DNA of 64,000 nt from a bacterium (lineage in GTDB: Bacteria > UBA8248 > JACPRG01 > G963555815), in the NCBI GenBank assembly GCA_963555815.3, contig CAUVWX020000001.1, positions 384,001 through 448,000 on the forward strand, written 5' to 3'. Under the pieces are notes generated by a model. The model did no database searches. It was not told the origin of the DNA and saw nothing but the letters and a program-made list of their open reading frames with translations. Positions 48,839 to 58,621 of this stretch are shown piece by piece. Each line of letters begins with the position of its first letter. The stretch's first letter is position 1. Position numbers and translations under genes: made by a program.

Positions 48839-51800
48839 ATGAAACCTGTCCGCAAGATTCTGCCGTTACTGGGCGTCGCTGTCTGGTTGGGCATTATTCT
48901 GGCCGTTTCGATAGGCATCATCGGGTCAAAGAAGCAACTCGACGAAGCCCTCGCCGCTAGGGGGCTCACTCTAGCGCAGCCGCTCGAGAGGAAACTCGAG
49001 CGGATCATTGCCGAGGAAACAGGATACGAGATCAGCAGTCACGAGAGGTCAGAGGGGCCGAGCCTGATGGCCAGCTTTGATGAGCACGAGAGTGTCCTCT
49101 TTTCGCCCGTGTCCTGCCCCGCCAACGCCCCTGTCAAAACCTATGATCTTGCGTCCATCAACGTCACCATTATCCTGAACCGCTGGGGCGATCGGGATCC
49201 CCTGGGCTACATGTACGCCGTCCGCGATCATCTCCCGGCCATCCGGGCCCAAGAGACCACGGGGGAGGATGGGAACTTCGGACTGGGCCTCGGGGTTGGG
49301 GGAGATGCCATTCAGCCCCTCACGATCCGCGGCAACGTGGGTGACTGTGTCCGAATTTCCCTCATCAACGAACTGGACGAGCCGGCGAGCTTCCATGTCC
49401 ATGGTGCCGATTTGATCCTGGCGGCCACGGGCGAACCGGCCCTTTCTACGAACTCCGACTCAATGGCGATGCCAGGCGAGAAGATTATTTACGAGTGGTA
49501 CATCGATCCTGAGCACTACACCGAGAACACCCACTACGTTCACTCCCACGGTGCCAAGGCCCGGTTCCAGGCGGGCCATGGGCTTTTTGGCGCGTTCATC
49601 GTCGAGCCGGCCGGGTCAGAGTACCTTGACAACCAGACGGGCCAGCCCCTTTGCAACCGGAACGGGAATGGCGACGCTCTGGAGTGTGGGAACTCGTGGG
49701 ACGCGATGATCTCGCCGGGCGACGGCAGTTCTGATTTCCGCGAGTTCACGATGTTCTACCACGAGATTGGCAACGCGCAGTTCGCTGCTGCAGACAAGGA
49801 GGGGGTCCCGCTCCCGAGCATCGATCCGGTCCTGAACTCCTACAAGCCCAGCGGCCGCGCCATCAACTACCGGAGCGAGTCCTTTTTCCGGCGGATGGGC
49901 GAGATCGACGAGCAGGTGCCCTTCTATAAGGAATGGAAGCACGACGAAGCTGAGGCCTACTCTTCATATGTTTTTGGCGATCCGGCCATGCCCGTCCCCC
50001 AGTCCTACGTAGGGGACCCCGTCAAGTACCGCCTCCTGCACGGCGGCAGCGAGACCTTCCACGTCCCCCACCTTCACGGGGGCGGTATCCAGTGGCAGCG
50101 CCAGTCGGACGTCGGCAAGGAGGACGGTGCCTCGGACTTTGTGCCCATCGACGAAGGCCTCCGGAAGCATTTCGAGAACACGATGGCCAGCTCTGGCAAC
50201 GACTCGCAGACCATTGGCCCTTCTGAGAGCTACGAGCTCGAGATAGGCTGCGGGAGCGGTGGCTGCCAGCAGACCGTCGGCGACTTCTTGTTCCACTGCC
50301 ACGTTGCCTCCCATTACATCTCCGGCATGTGGCACTTTTGGCGGGTCTACAATACCCTTCAAGACGACGTAGGCAAGACGGACGAGCTGGCTGTGGTCGC
50401 CGAGCTCCCCGACCGCCAGGGCGGCATGGAGCACGCGGTTACCTCAACGGAGCTTATCGGCCAGACGGTGACCTTCTCCGGTCGCGATATGACCGTCAAC
50501 GAGTCGCTCCTTCACACCCTGGTCCAGTTGCAGTTGCCCCCCCAGGGCATCACGACCCACGAGCAGGACGCGTCGGTGATGGACTGGGCCGTGGACGAAA
50601 CTCTTTATCTCAACGAGCCGGAGACCAGGTACAGCTGGCCGAACTTCACCTCGCCGAATCCTGGGGAGCGGTTCGCCTTGAAGTTCAACCCGGCCACCGC
50701 CAAGCTGGCATTCCCATTCCTTCGGCCTCACCTTGGCAAGCGGCCCCCCTTCGCCCCGCATCACGGGCCCGCTCCCTTCCTGGAGCCCTTTAATCACCCA
50801 GAAACCATCCCAGAGGTTGTCGCTGGCGATACCCCGAAACTGGCTGGCGACACAGCGGAACTAGTGGAGCTCGTCTCTGACGACAGCTCAACTGACGACA
50901 GCGCATTCGAGGTTGCTCAGACTAGAAACAGAGAGGTTCTCCACCCTCTTCTCACCGGGCACTCTGAGCCAGCTCATCCGGGGTTGAATGGAGAGTACAG
51001 TCTCTGTCCGCAAGGCGCGCCACTCCGCTTTTACAATATCCACGCTATCCAGACCCCAATCCCCGTGAATGCCGTCACGTTGGATTCGGACGGGATGATC
51101 ATGGTCCTCAAGGAGAACGAAGAACGGGCCAGAAACAACCCGGATTTCAAAGTGCCGATCGCCATTCGAGCCAACCAGGGCGACTGCGTGGACATCTTCT
51201 TCACCAACGAGCTCGACGGGACGGATAAGGACCACAAAGGACTCCCGAACTTGATGAAGACAAACATCCACATCCACTTCGTTCAGTTCGACACCCAGGC
51301 GTCTGACGGCGTTATCACGGGTCAAAGCTATGAGCAGGCGCCGCGGCCCTTCACAGCACCGGGAATGAGCGCCAAGATCCAGGAGGTGGCGACGCGGGGG
51401 TCCGTCCGATTGAGCGTCAACGATGCCTCCTTATTCCACCCGGGATCGACCGTAGCAGTTGGCATCGACGAGCAGACCGATATCCTCGAGACAGCGGTTA
51501 TTGAAGCCATCTCGGGGAATGAGCTCATCTTCAGACGCCCGCTCCGCAACGACCACGTACCCGGCGAGCTGGTGAGCAACGAGTTCGTCCGCTACCGGTG
51601 GTACGTGGCACGTCAGAACGGCGCCATCTATTTCCACGACCATGTGGATGCCCTGAACCGGTGGGGCCACGGGCTCTTCGGGGCCCTCATCGCGGAGCCC
51701 ACCGGCTCGACATATCACGATCCCAAGACCGGCGAGGAGATCCTCAGCGGGCCCATTGCGGACATCCGCCTGGACCCCAACCGAGGGGTGCTCCCGGGCC

Positions 51801-53449
51801 TGGAAGGGAGCTTCCGCGAATACGTACTATTCATGAACGACCGCAACCAGATGACCGGGAGCACGTTCAACCTTCGAGCCGAGCCGCTGCGCGCCGACAC
51901 CAAGCGCGGCCAGGGCCCAACCCACCTGGCGCTCAGCAGCGTCATGCACGGCGACCCGGCGACCCCGGTGCTCCGGTCCTACGTGGGCGACCCCATCCTG
52001 TTCAGGTTGCTCACTTCGGCGACCGAGGAGATTCACCCGTTCCACATCACCGGACACCATTTCCGGCAAGAACGTTTTCAGGGGAACTCGCCCCCGCTGA
52101 CCGTCTTCGGGGTGGGGATTTCGGAGCGGTTCAACGCCTACGTCGAGGCGGCCGGAGGCGCGGCCCGAAAGGCCGGCGACTACCTCTATTACAACGGTTC
52201 AGAGCGCCACTTCCGGGAGGGGAGCTGGGGGATCCTCAGGGTGCACGACACCCTGCAGGCTAACCTGCAGCCGCTGCCGGGTCGGGAGCCGCCATCCGGA
52301 CAGGGCTTCCCCCTCCTCACCTTTACAGGAGAGGCGCCACCGAGGGCTACGGACCCGGGCAACCCGTGTGTCGCCGGAGCCCCCCACCAGACCTTTAACG
52401 TATCCGCCATCGATCAGAGGCTCGTGTTCAACGCCGACGCGGGGTTGGGGATACCCACGGGCCGCATCTACGTACTCGATCAGGACCTAGAGGCCGTTCA
52501 AAGCGGCGCTAGGCGGCCTGAGCCCCTCGTGATCAGGGCCAACGCCGGCGACTGCATCACCGTGAGCTTCACCAACCGTTCCAGCCAGCCGGCTTCCTTC
52601 CACGTGGACAGCCCCACCTTCGATCCGCAAGGGTCCCTGGGGATCACCCTGGGCTACAACCCCGATCAGGTGGCCCTCCCCGGTGAGCACATCAACTACA
52701 CCTTCTACGCCGAAGACGAGCTTGGGGTTGTGCTCGCCCGAGACTTCGGCAACCTCTTCCGAAACGCTCGGGAAGGGCTCTACGGGGCGCTCGTCGTGGA
52801 GCCCGAGGGCTCGACCTATCACGATCCCTACACTGGCGAACCCCTCGAGAGCGGGGTCGCGGCGGTGATCCAGAATCCGAACACGCCCGACTTCCGGGAG
52901 TTTGTCACCGTGTTTCAGGACAACGACCCGGACATCGGCCTGTTCCTCATGCCCTACGACCAGGACGTGAACAAGCTGGTGGGGATCAACTACCGAGCCG
53001 AGCCTCTCACCCTGCGCCTCGCCCTGATGGGGATGCTCCTCGACGCAGACCCGCTGAGGCCTGAAGACTTCAAGATGGCCTCATCGCTCTACGACAGCAG
53101 CGTGTTCGGAGAGCCGGCGACCAACGTCTTTGAGACGTTTGGTGGTGATCCCGTGCGCTTCCGAGTGGTCAGCGGATACAGCGAACAGTCCCAAGTGTTC
53201 TCTGTGGAGGGGCACCAGTGGCAGCTCACGCCGCAGATCAAGGGCTCCGACGTCGTCAGTTCGCGTTATCTTCCGCCGACCGGCGTACTCAACGCTAACC
53301 TGATGGCCACGGGTGGCCCGCAGGGCCGTCCGGGCGACTACAAGTGGGGCAACCACCGACTTCCCTTTGAGAAGGCGGGCCAGTGGGGGCTCATGCGAGT
53401 TTATGGGCCGGGGACCGACACCCGGCTGAGACCTTTATCGGACCGATGA
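48839..53449 (+). CDS. Large six-domain multicopper oxidase (MnxG-like), membrane anchored
   Basis: Cupredoxin repeats (PLTIRGNVGDC, IAIRANQGDC, PLVIRANAGDC); HVPHLH plus HCHVASHYISGM (T1 site); HIH and FHDH; extra HVH/HSH. Confidence 0.88.
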   Translation: MKPVRKILPLLGVAVWLGIILAVSIGIIGSKKQLDEALAARGLTLAQPLERKLERIIAEETGYEISSHERSEGPSLMASFDEHESVLFSPVSCPANAPVKTYDLASINVTIILNRWGDRDPLGYMYAVRDHLPAIRAQETTGEDGNFGLGLGVGGDAIQPLTIRGNVGDCVRISLINELDEPASFHVHGADLILAATGEPALSTNSDSMAMPGEKIIYEWYIDPEHYTENTHYVHSHGAKARFQAGHGLFGAFIVEPAGSEYLDNQTGQPLCNRNGNGDALECGNSWDAMISPGDGSSDFREFTMFYHEIGNAQFAAADKEGVPLPSIDPVLNSYKPSGRAINYRSESFFRRMGEIDEQVPFYKEWKHDEAEAYSSYVFGDPAMPVPQSYVGDPVKYRLLHGGSETFHVPHLHGGGIQWQRQSDVGKEDGASDFVPIDEGLRKHFENTMASSGNDSQTIGPSESYELEIGCGSGGCQQTVGDFLFHCHVASHYISGMWHFWRVYNTLQDDVGKTDELAVVAELPDRQGGMEHAVTSTELIGQTVTFSGRDMTVNESLLHTLVQLQLPPQGITTHEQDASVMDWAVDETLYLNEPETRYSWPNFTSPNPGERFALKFNPATAKLAFPFLRPHLGKRPPFAPHHGPAPFLEPFNHPETIPEVVAGDTPKLAGDTAELVELVSDDSSTDDSAFEVAQTRNREVLHPLLTGHSEPAHPGLNGEYSLCPQGAPLRFYNIHAIQTPIPVNAVTLDSDGMIMVLKENEERARNNPDFKVPIAIRANQGDCVDIFFTNELDGTDKDHKGLPNLMKTNIHIHFVQFDTQASDGVITGQSYEQAPRPFTAPGMSAKIQEVATRGSVRLSVNDASLFHPGSTVAVGIDEQTDILETAVIEAISGNELIFRRPLRNDHVPGELVSNEFVRYRWYVARQNGAIYFHDHVDALNRWGHGLFGALIAEPTGSTYHDPKTGEEILSGPIADIRLDPNRGVLPGLEGSFREYVLFMNDRNQMTGSTFNLRAEPLRADTKRGQGPTHLALSSVMHGDPATPVLRSYVGDPILFRLLTSATEEIHPFHITGHHFRQERFQGNSPPLTVFGVGISERFNAYVEAAGGAARKAGDYLYYNGSERHFREGSWGILRVHDTLQANLQPLPGREPPSGQGFPLLTFTGEAPPRATDPGNPCVAGAPHQTFNVSAIDQRLVFNADAGLGIPTGRIYVLDQDLEAVQSGARRPEPLVIRANAGDCITVSFTNRSSQPASFHVDSPTFDPQGSLGITLGYNPDQVALPGEHINYTFYAEDELGVVLARDFGNLFRNAREGLYGALVVEPEGSTYHDPYTGEPLESGVAAVIQNPNTPDFREFVTVFQDNDPDIGLFLMPYDQDVNKLVGINYRAEPLTLRLALMGMLLDADPLRPEDFKMASSLYDSSVFGEPATNVFETFGGDPVRFRVVSGYSEQSQVFSVEGHQWQLTPQIKGSDVVSSRYLPPTGVLNANLMATGGPQGRPGDYKWGNHRLPFEKAGQWGLMRVYGPGTDTRLRPLSDR

Positions 53450-53486
53450 TCCACTGGCGCCATCGAGTGTGCCAAAGGGGGCGATA

Positions 53487-55595
53487 ATGAGGACATTGCG
53501 TGGGCATTTCAAGGGTGGCGGGGTGTGGAAGTCCTGGGGGGTGTTGTTGTTATTGACCCTGACGGCTTGTGCGCCCACCTTATTGCCGGACTCAGTGGAC
53601 CCGGTTTTGAGTCACAAGATGGGCAGGGAGATTCGGGTCCCTCACACGACGCCGGCCTATGAAGGGAAGCCCATGCTTCACGCCAGCGAGCTGACGATGA
53701 CGCCGCTGTTGGAGACGGATAGTGCCACGGGGTGGGAAATCGAGGGTCTTCGCGATCCCCTTCAGGACATTGAGTTGGCCATGACGCGTCTTCTCGTGGT
53801 GGCTCGGGCGTCCGGTGACCAGCCGGTTGAGGATCTGAGCGCTGCCGAGGAGATGCTGGCCATCCTCCTTGGCACGACCGAGGGCCGGGTCTACGACGGT
53901 TTTCCTCTCTTGAACTATAACCCGGGCGCCCTTGTGGCCGACCAGGTCCCGGACGAGTACAAGATGAAGCGTCTGGTGGACACGGGCGAGACCGTTCGCA
54001 GCCAGATCGATGGTGAGCTCCACAAGGTGTGGGAGGTGACCATCAACATGCTCTGGTACGGCCACAACTTCGACTCAGACACCTTCCTCCTTCGCGTCCC
54101 CTATGAGGCTCAACTCTACGACGAGTTCCGCATCAACTGGCGGATATACTCGCTCATTCAGGAGGATATCGCCCCGACCACGATTCTCAACGACGGCTTT
54201 GGCCGGATCTTTCACGGTCTGGACAGCACCTTCACGAGCGTTCCGGCAGAGACCCTTGCTGAGATGACGATCAAATACCCCTCTCTCATCCACTTCAAGG
54301 GCATGTACACCTGGGGCTGGGGCGTGCACCCGCCTCGGGTCCAGTTCCTTCAGCCGGTCTTTGAGGATTCCCCTGACGGCGAGCTGAACCCGGCGGGTGA
54401 GTCCTTCGCGACGCGGACCCGAGAGAATCTGACCATTGAGAACATCGGCGAGGCGGCCCCCGAGAAGAAGGCCTACCGGGTCGCCACGGCGGCCATGGAG
54501 GGCGCCACCGGCAGCGAGATCGCCGCCATGCTCATGGACCCCGACGTGGCCCCTTCTGGGACCTTTCGGGAGTGGACCCGGCTCGCGGCCGATCTTCGTC
54601 AGCTGCCCCCTGAGGCATGGGAAGTCCTTCAGGAGGAGGAGGGGATAGGTCGCGACGAATACGGGGACTACGACATCATCCTGGCCTACCTAAACAACGA
54701 GATCTACGGCGTGACCCCTTACGCCCAGGTCGGGACCGAGGCCAAGGGCGCCGTGGTCCGTGACTGGGAGCAAGGGGGGTCCTTTAAGGTCAAGATCATC
54801 AACCTGGACAACATGGTCCACTACTACCGAAACGTGGACTTCGGCGACCAGCTCCCCAACGAGGCGGCCAGGACCTTTGGCAACGGCAGCTTCAGCTTCG
54901 GGAAGTTCAACGCCAAGCCCACCTATGGGGTGCCCAAGGTGGCCGAGATGCAGTGGCGAACCGGTTGGGGGTTTGTCCCCCACGCCGGGATCAATGCCCA
55001 AGCGGGGGTCTTCCCACGGGAAGAGGACCAGGCACTCCTGACCCCCTTCACTGATCAGCTCGGTAAGACTCACCCGGGCTACATCTTCAAGCGCGTGAGC
55101 GGTTACTGGCGTTTCAATCCGCCGGCGAAGATCAGAGAGGGTGCGAACATCCCCGCGGGCGATCCCCTTCGGGACGCCGACGGAGAGGACGGGGTCCTCA
55201 TCAGCTTTGACGCAGAGGCCTTTGGCGTCGCCAAGATGCCCAAAGGGGCCATCATCACCCACCCCTACTCCGACACCTTCCCCGAGCTTCGCTTCCCGGG
55301 CTTCTTGAGGAACCCAAACGGGGGCGGGGACATCATCCCCCCGACCCGCATCTGGGCCCCCTTCCTCACCATGAACCCAGAGACCGGAACCCTGAAGGCG
55401 CCCGACGGACGCTACTGGGTCGACTACACCTACTTCCACGGAAGGCCCGTCGACGGCAACAGCTCCATCACCGCCAACGTAGAGGCACCCAGAGCGGGGG
55501 CACAACTCTTCTACCAGTTCGACCCCCTCTTCCACGACAACATGATCTTCTCCTACCACCCACGCTCTGACGCAGTCTCTACCAACCTGAGATAA
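53487..55595 (+). CDS. Uncharacterised ~700-aa lipoprotein co-transcribed with the oxidase
   Basis: LLLTLTAC lipobox, long ORF, 37-nt gap after the oxidase, strong hairpin after its stop. Confidence 0.8.
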   Translation: MRTLRGHFKGGGVWKSWGVLLLLTLTACAPTLLPDSVDPVLSHKMGREIRVPHTTPAYEGKPMLHASELTMTPLLETDSATGWEIEGLRDPLQDIELAMTRLLVVARASGDQPVEDLSAAEEMLAILLGTTEGRVYDGFPLLNYNPGALVADQVPDEYKMKRLVDTGETVRSQIDGELHKVWEVTINMLWYGHNFDSDTFLLRVPYEAQLYDEFRINWRIYSLIQEDIAPTTILNDGFGRIFHGLDSTFTSVPAETLAEMTIKYPSLIHFKGMYTWGWGVHPPRVQFLQPVFEDSPDGELNPAGESFATRTRENLTIENIGEAAPEKKAYRVATAAMEGATGSEIAAMLMDPDVAPSGTFREWTRLAADLRQLPPEAWEVLQEEEGIGRDEYGDYDIILAYLNNEIYGVTPYAQVGTEAKGAVVRDWEQGGSFKVKIINLDNMVHYYRNVDFGDQLPNEAARTFGNGSFSFGKFNAKPTYGVPKVAEMQWRTGWGFVPHAGINAQAGVFPREEDQALLTPFTDQLGKTHPGYIFKRVSGYWRFNPPAKIREGANIPAGDPLRDADGEDGVLISFDAEAFGVAKMPKGAIITHPYSDTFPELRFPGFLRNPNGGGDIIPPTRIWAPFLTMNPETGTLKAPDGRYWVDYTYFHGRPVDGNSSITANVEAPRAGAQLFYQFDPLFHDNMIFSYHPRSDAVSTNLR

Positions 55596-55610
55596 TCAAC
55601 CTACACACAC

Positions 55611-55644
55611 GAGGGCCCGAAAGGTTTTATCCTTTCGGGCCCTC
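55611..55644. terminator. Perfect 14-bp hairpin between convergent genes
   Basis: GAGGGCCCGAAAGG-TTTTAT-CCTTTCGGGCCCTC; no clear T-tail. Confidence 0.65.
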
Positions 55645-55849
55645 TGCACCCCCTGACTGCTCCTTATAGAAAACATAAAAACGGTTCTGGATCTGTGCGA
55701 AAGGGTTGAAGACGCTCGCGATTTCGCCTGGCGGGGAGAACGCACTACCCGGGGCTGAGGCCACGAGGAAAAAAACTCCTCGGGGCGATGTCTTTAACGT
55801 CGGGATTCTCAAGGACTGATCAAAAAAGGGGTCTGCCCTGCGGTCGCCT

Positions 55850-56983
55850 CTATTGCCGTTGGGGCTGCGGTAGCTCGGCCAACGTCACATCGACATCCCC
55901 CCGCTGGACGTCCCCCTGCCCGTCGCCCCGGACGATCTCAAGGGTGACGGTCTCGCCGACGTCTCTGTCTGCCACCCACCGCGGAAACACCCTGGGGTCC
56001 TCAAGGAGATCCTGGTTCATGCTCAAGATCACGTCGCCGCAACGAAGGCCCGCCTGGTCAGCGGGGCTATTTCGGATGACCTCTCTGATGAGGGCTCCTT
56101 GAGACCCTTCTTCGAGGCCAAGGGACGTCGCCAGGCCCGGGGTCAAGCTCTCGATCTGAACGCCGAGAAAGGCCCTGACCACCCGGCCATGGGTCCGAAG
56201 CTGTTCCACCACATTTCTGGCGAGATTGATGGGGATGGCAAACCCGATCCCCTCTCCTAGGCCCTTGATCGTGTTAATGCCGACCACCTCCCCTTCGGCA
56301 TTGAATAGGGGACCGCCGCTATTTCCAGGGTTGATAGAGGCGTCGGTCTGGATGAAGTCGTCGTAGGGGCCTGCACCGATGACCCTCCCCTTGGCGCTGA
56401 CGATGCCCGCCGTCACTGTGTGGCCAAGCCCGAAGGGGTTTCCGATGGCGATGACCCATTCGCCGACCTTGAGGACGTCAGAATCTCCCAGGGCCGCAGG
56501 GGTTAGGGACTGGTCAGGCCGGATTCGAAGGAGGGCGAGATCTGTTCGAGGGTCTGTCCCCACCACCTCGGCGTCAACAAAGGATCCATCAGCAAGGCGG
56601 ACCCCCACCTGAGAGGCCCCCTCGATGACGTGATGATTGGTGATGATCTCCCCATCAGAGCTAATGATAAAGCCGGACCCACGGCTCTGCCCCTCAAGAA
56701 TCCGTGGGGGGAGCGCACGCCCTCCCTCCTGGAAAAATCGCTCGAAGAATTCAAAGGGGTCTCCCGGCGGGGGCTCTTGGATTTGGTAAGTGGCAGTGAT
56801 GTTGACCACGCTCGGTTGAAGCGCCTCGGCAAGCTCTACAAATCCAGGCAGGGCCAGGACCGCTCCCTCCACCCCCCTGGTCAGCCAAGCCCCCCCGGCG
56901 AGCACCCAGAAGGCTGCCAATAGACAGACCACGCGGATCGCGGGCCGTCTACCCAGCTGCCTTGCCCTCTCTCTCCTCCACAC
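55850..56983 (-). CDS. htrA: HtrA/DegP-family serine protease with one PDZ domain
   Basis: TNHHV, DLAL, TDASINPGNSGGPL, SPADQAGL. Confidence 0.93.
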   Translation of the reverse strand: MWRRERARQLGRRPAIRVVCLLAAFWVLAGGAWLTRGVEGAVLALPGFVELAEALQPSVVNITATYQIQEPPPGDPFEFFERFFQEGGRALPPRILEGQSRGSGFIISSDGEIITNHHVIEGASQVGVRLADGSFVDAEVVGTDPRTDLALLRIRPDQSLTPAALGDSDVLKVGEWVIAIGNPFGLGHTVTAGIVSAKGRVIGAGPYDDFIQTDASINPGNSGGPLFNAEGEVVGINTIKGLGEGIGFAIPINLARNVVEQLRTHGRVVRAFLGVQIESLTPGLATSLGLEEGSQGALIREVIRNSPADQAGLRCGDVILSMNQDLLEDPRVFPRWVADRDVGETVTLEIVRGDGQGDVQRGDVDVTLAELPQPQRQ

Positions 56984-57239
56984 GCCTTCAGGATCATTAC
57001 ACCCCCCTTGGGCTCACTGCCTCTACCGCAAGAAAGAAAACTGAACCTGTCCCAAGACTGATAGACTTTATGGTCCATCATAGAGAGACGGTCCAATAAA
57101 TTAAGACCTCTGCTCTTCTCTTGATAACAAGATACCGACCATGCTAATTTCCTAGGGGGGGTGTCTGGACGGCCAGCCGTGGTAGACCCTGTCGGGTTGC
57201 AAGCTTCCCTTTGGAGAAAGGTGGATTTACATCCAACCG

Positions 57240-57908
57240 ATGACCCCGCGGTCCCGAAGGGCAGTGCCGCAAGGGACCCCTTCTCACCATACGGTCAGGG
57301 AGAGGGGACGCCGATTGGGCCTTGGCGAATCCACCCAAGGAAGGCTTCCGGCCGCCCGTCTCTCTAAGGCAGCCCAGCCAGTTTCCATCCTCGGCATCGA
57401 CCCCGGCCTTTCCATCACTGGCTACGGGTTCATCCGGCCCTCCTCGGTGGGGGCGAAGCCCCTCAGGGGGAGTCCCGAGGCACAGTGCGTTGAGGCGGGG
57501 GTCATCAAGAGCAAACCGGGCCAACCCTTGGAGGCGAGGCTCGTCGAGATCTACCGGGGTCTTGAAGAAGTTCTTTCTGATCTCAAACCCTCTGTCGTCG
57601 CCGTAGAGGCCCTCTATTCCCATGGAGTCCACCCCCGGACAGCCATCCAAATGGGTCACGTGAGAGGGGTCATTTTTTGCCTGGCGGGGCTCTTTGGGAT
57701 CCCCATCACCGGCTACGGGGCCACCCAGGTGAAGAAATCCCTCACCGGGAGCGGGCACGCCAGCAAATCCCGAATACAGCGAGCAGTCCAGATGGCCCTG
57801 GCCCTTCGGGCCACACCCGAGCCCCCGGACGTGGCCGACGCCCTTGCCGTCGCCCTGTGCCACCTGGATACCCTGAAAGGGCCCCCTGGCCTTTCCGGAA
57901 ACTCATGA
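57240..57908 (+). CDS. ruvC: Holliday junction resolvase (start probably later, e.g. TTG near 57315)
   Basis: ILGIDPG, AVE, RG, VKKSLTGSGHASK, DVADALAVA. Confidence 0.92.
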   Translation: MTPRSRRAVPQGTPSHHTVRERGRRLGLGESTQGRLPAARLSKAAQPVSILGIDPGLSITGYGFIRPSSVGAKPLRGSPEAQCVEAGVIKSKPGQPLEARLVEIYRGLEEVLSDLKPSVVAVEALYSHGVHPRTAIQMGHVRGVIFCLAGLFGIPITGYGATQVKKSLTGSGHASKSRIQRAVQMALALRATPEPPDVADALAVALCHLDTLKGPPGLSGNS

Positions 57909-58573
57909 TCGCCCAAGTCACCGGCGTCATTGATCAGGTTGAGGACCGATCGGTCCTCCTTCGGGTTGCCGGGCTCTCTTATGAGATCCTCGTCCCGGCC
58001 TCTCTCGTGGAATATCTGCGAAGACACCAGATGAACCACCCGGGAGGCTCCATCACACTCCACACCATTTACTACCTTGAGGGTGGGGTGGGGATGGGGA
58101 ACCTTTTCCCCCGTCTGCTTGGCTTTCTCAACCCAAAGGATCGGGACTTCTTCGAGCTATTTACGCGGGTACCAGGGATCGGGATAAAGCGAGCCCTTCG
58201 GTGCCTGGCCCTACCCATCCGTCGGATCGCCTGTGCGATTGAAGAGGGAGATGTAGGGAGCCTGATCAGCCTGCCCGAGGTCGGTCGCCGGACGGCCGAG
58301 AAGATCATCGCTGAGCTGAAGGGAAAGATGTATGAGTTCGCCCTGAGAAAGGACGAGACCGCCCTGGGGATCTCAGAGACCCTTCCCGACCTTCGGGCCG
58401 AGGCCATTGAGATCTTTCTCCAACTGGGCTATAAAAAATCCGAGGCAGAGATGATCGTCCAGGGCGCCCTAGGGAGGAACCCAAAGTTGGACTCCGTAGA
58501 CGCCCTAGTCCAAGAAGTCTTCAGAGGAGAGAAGCGATCTGAGCCTCCCCAGAACTCCGTCAGCGGGAGTTGA
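57905..58573 (+). CDS. ruvA: Holliday junction DNA-binding subunit
   Basis: MIAQVTG, HhH motifs VPGIG and LPEVGRRTAEKI, LQLGY. Confidence 0.9.
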   Translation: MIAQVTGVIDQVEDRSVLLRVAGLSYEILVPASLVEYLRRHQMNHPGGSITLHTIYYLEGGVGMGNLFPRLLGFLNPKDRDFFELFTRVPGIGIKRALRCLALPIRRIACAIEEGDVGSLISLPEVGRRTAEKIIAELKGKMYEFALRKDETALGISETLPDLRAEAIEIFLQLGYKKSEAEMIVQGALGRNPKLDSVDALVQEVFRGEKRSEPPQNSVSGS

Positions 58574-58621
58574 TTGGAAGCATCACTTGGCCCACCCCAG
58601 CCCCTTAAGGGGCTTTTCACC

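Noticed and set aside
55645..55849. Possible ncRNA between the lipoprotein and htrA
   Set aside because: Only short hairpins (e.g. CGAGGA...TCCTCG) with no recognisable RNA family
57221..57237. Palindrome GGAT-TTAC-ATCC upstream of ruvC as an SOS box
   Set aside because: Matches no LexA consensus I know, and I saw no second copy
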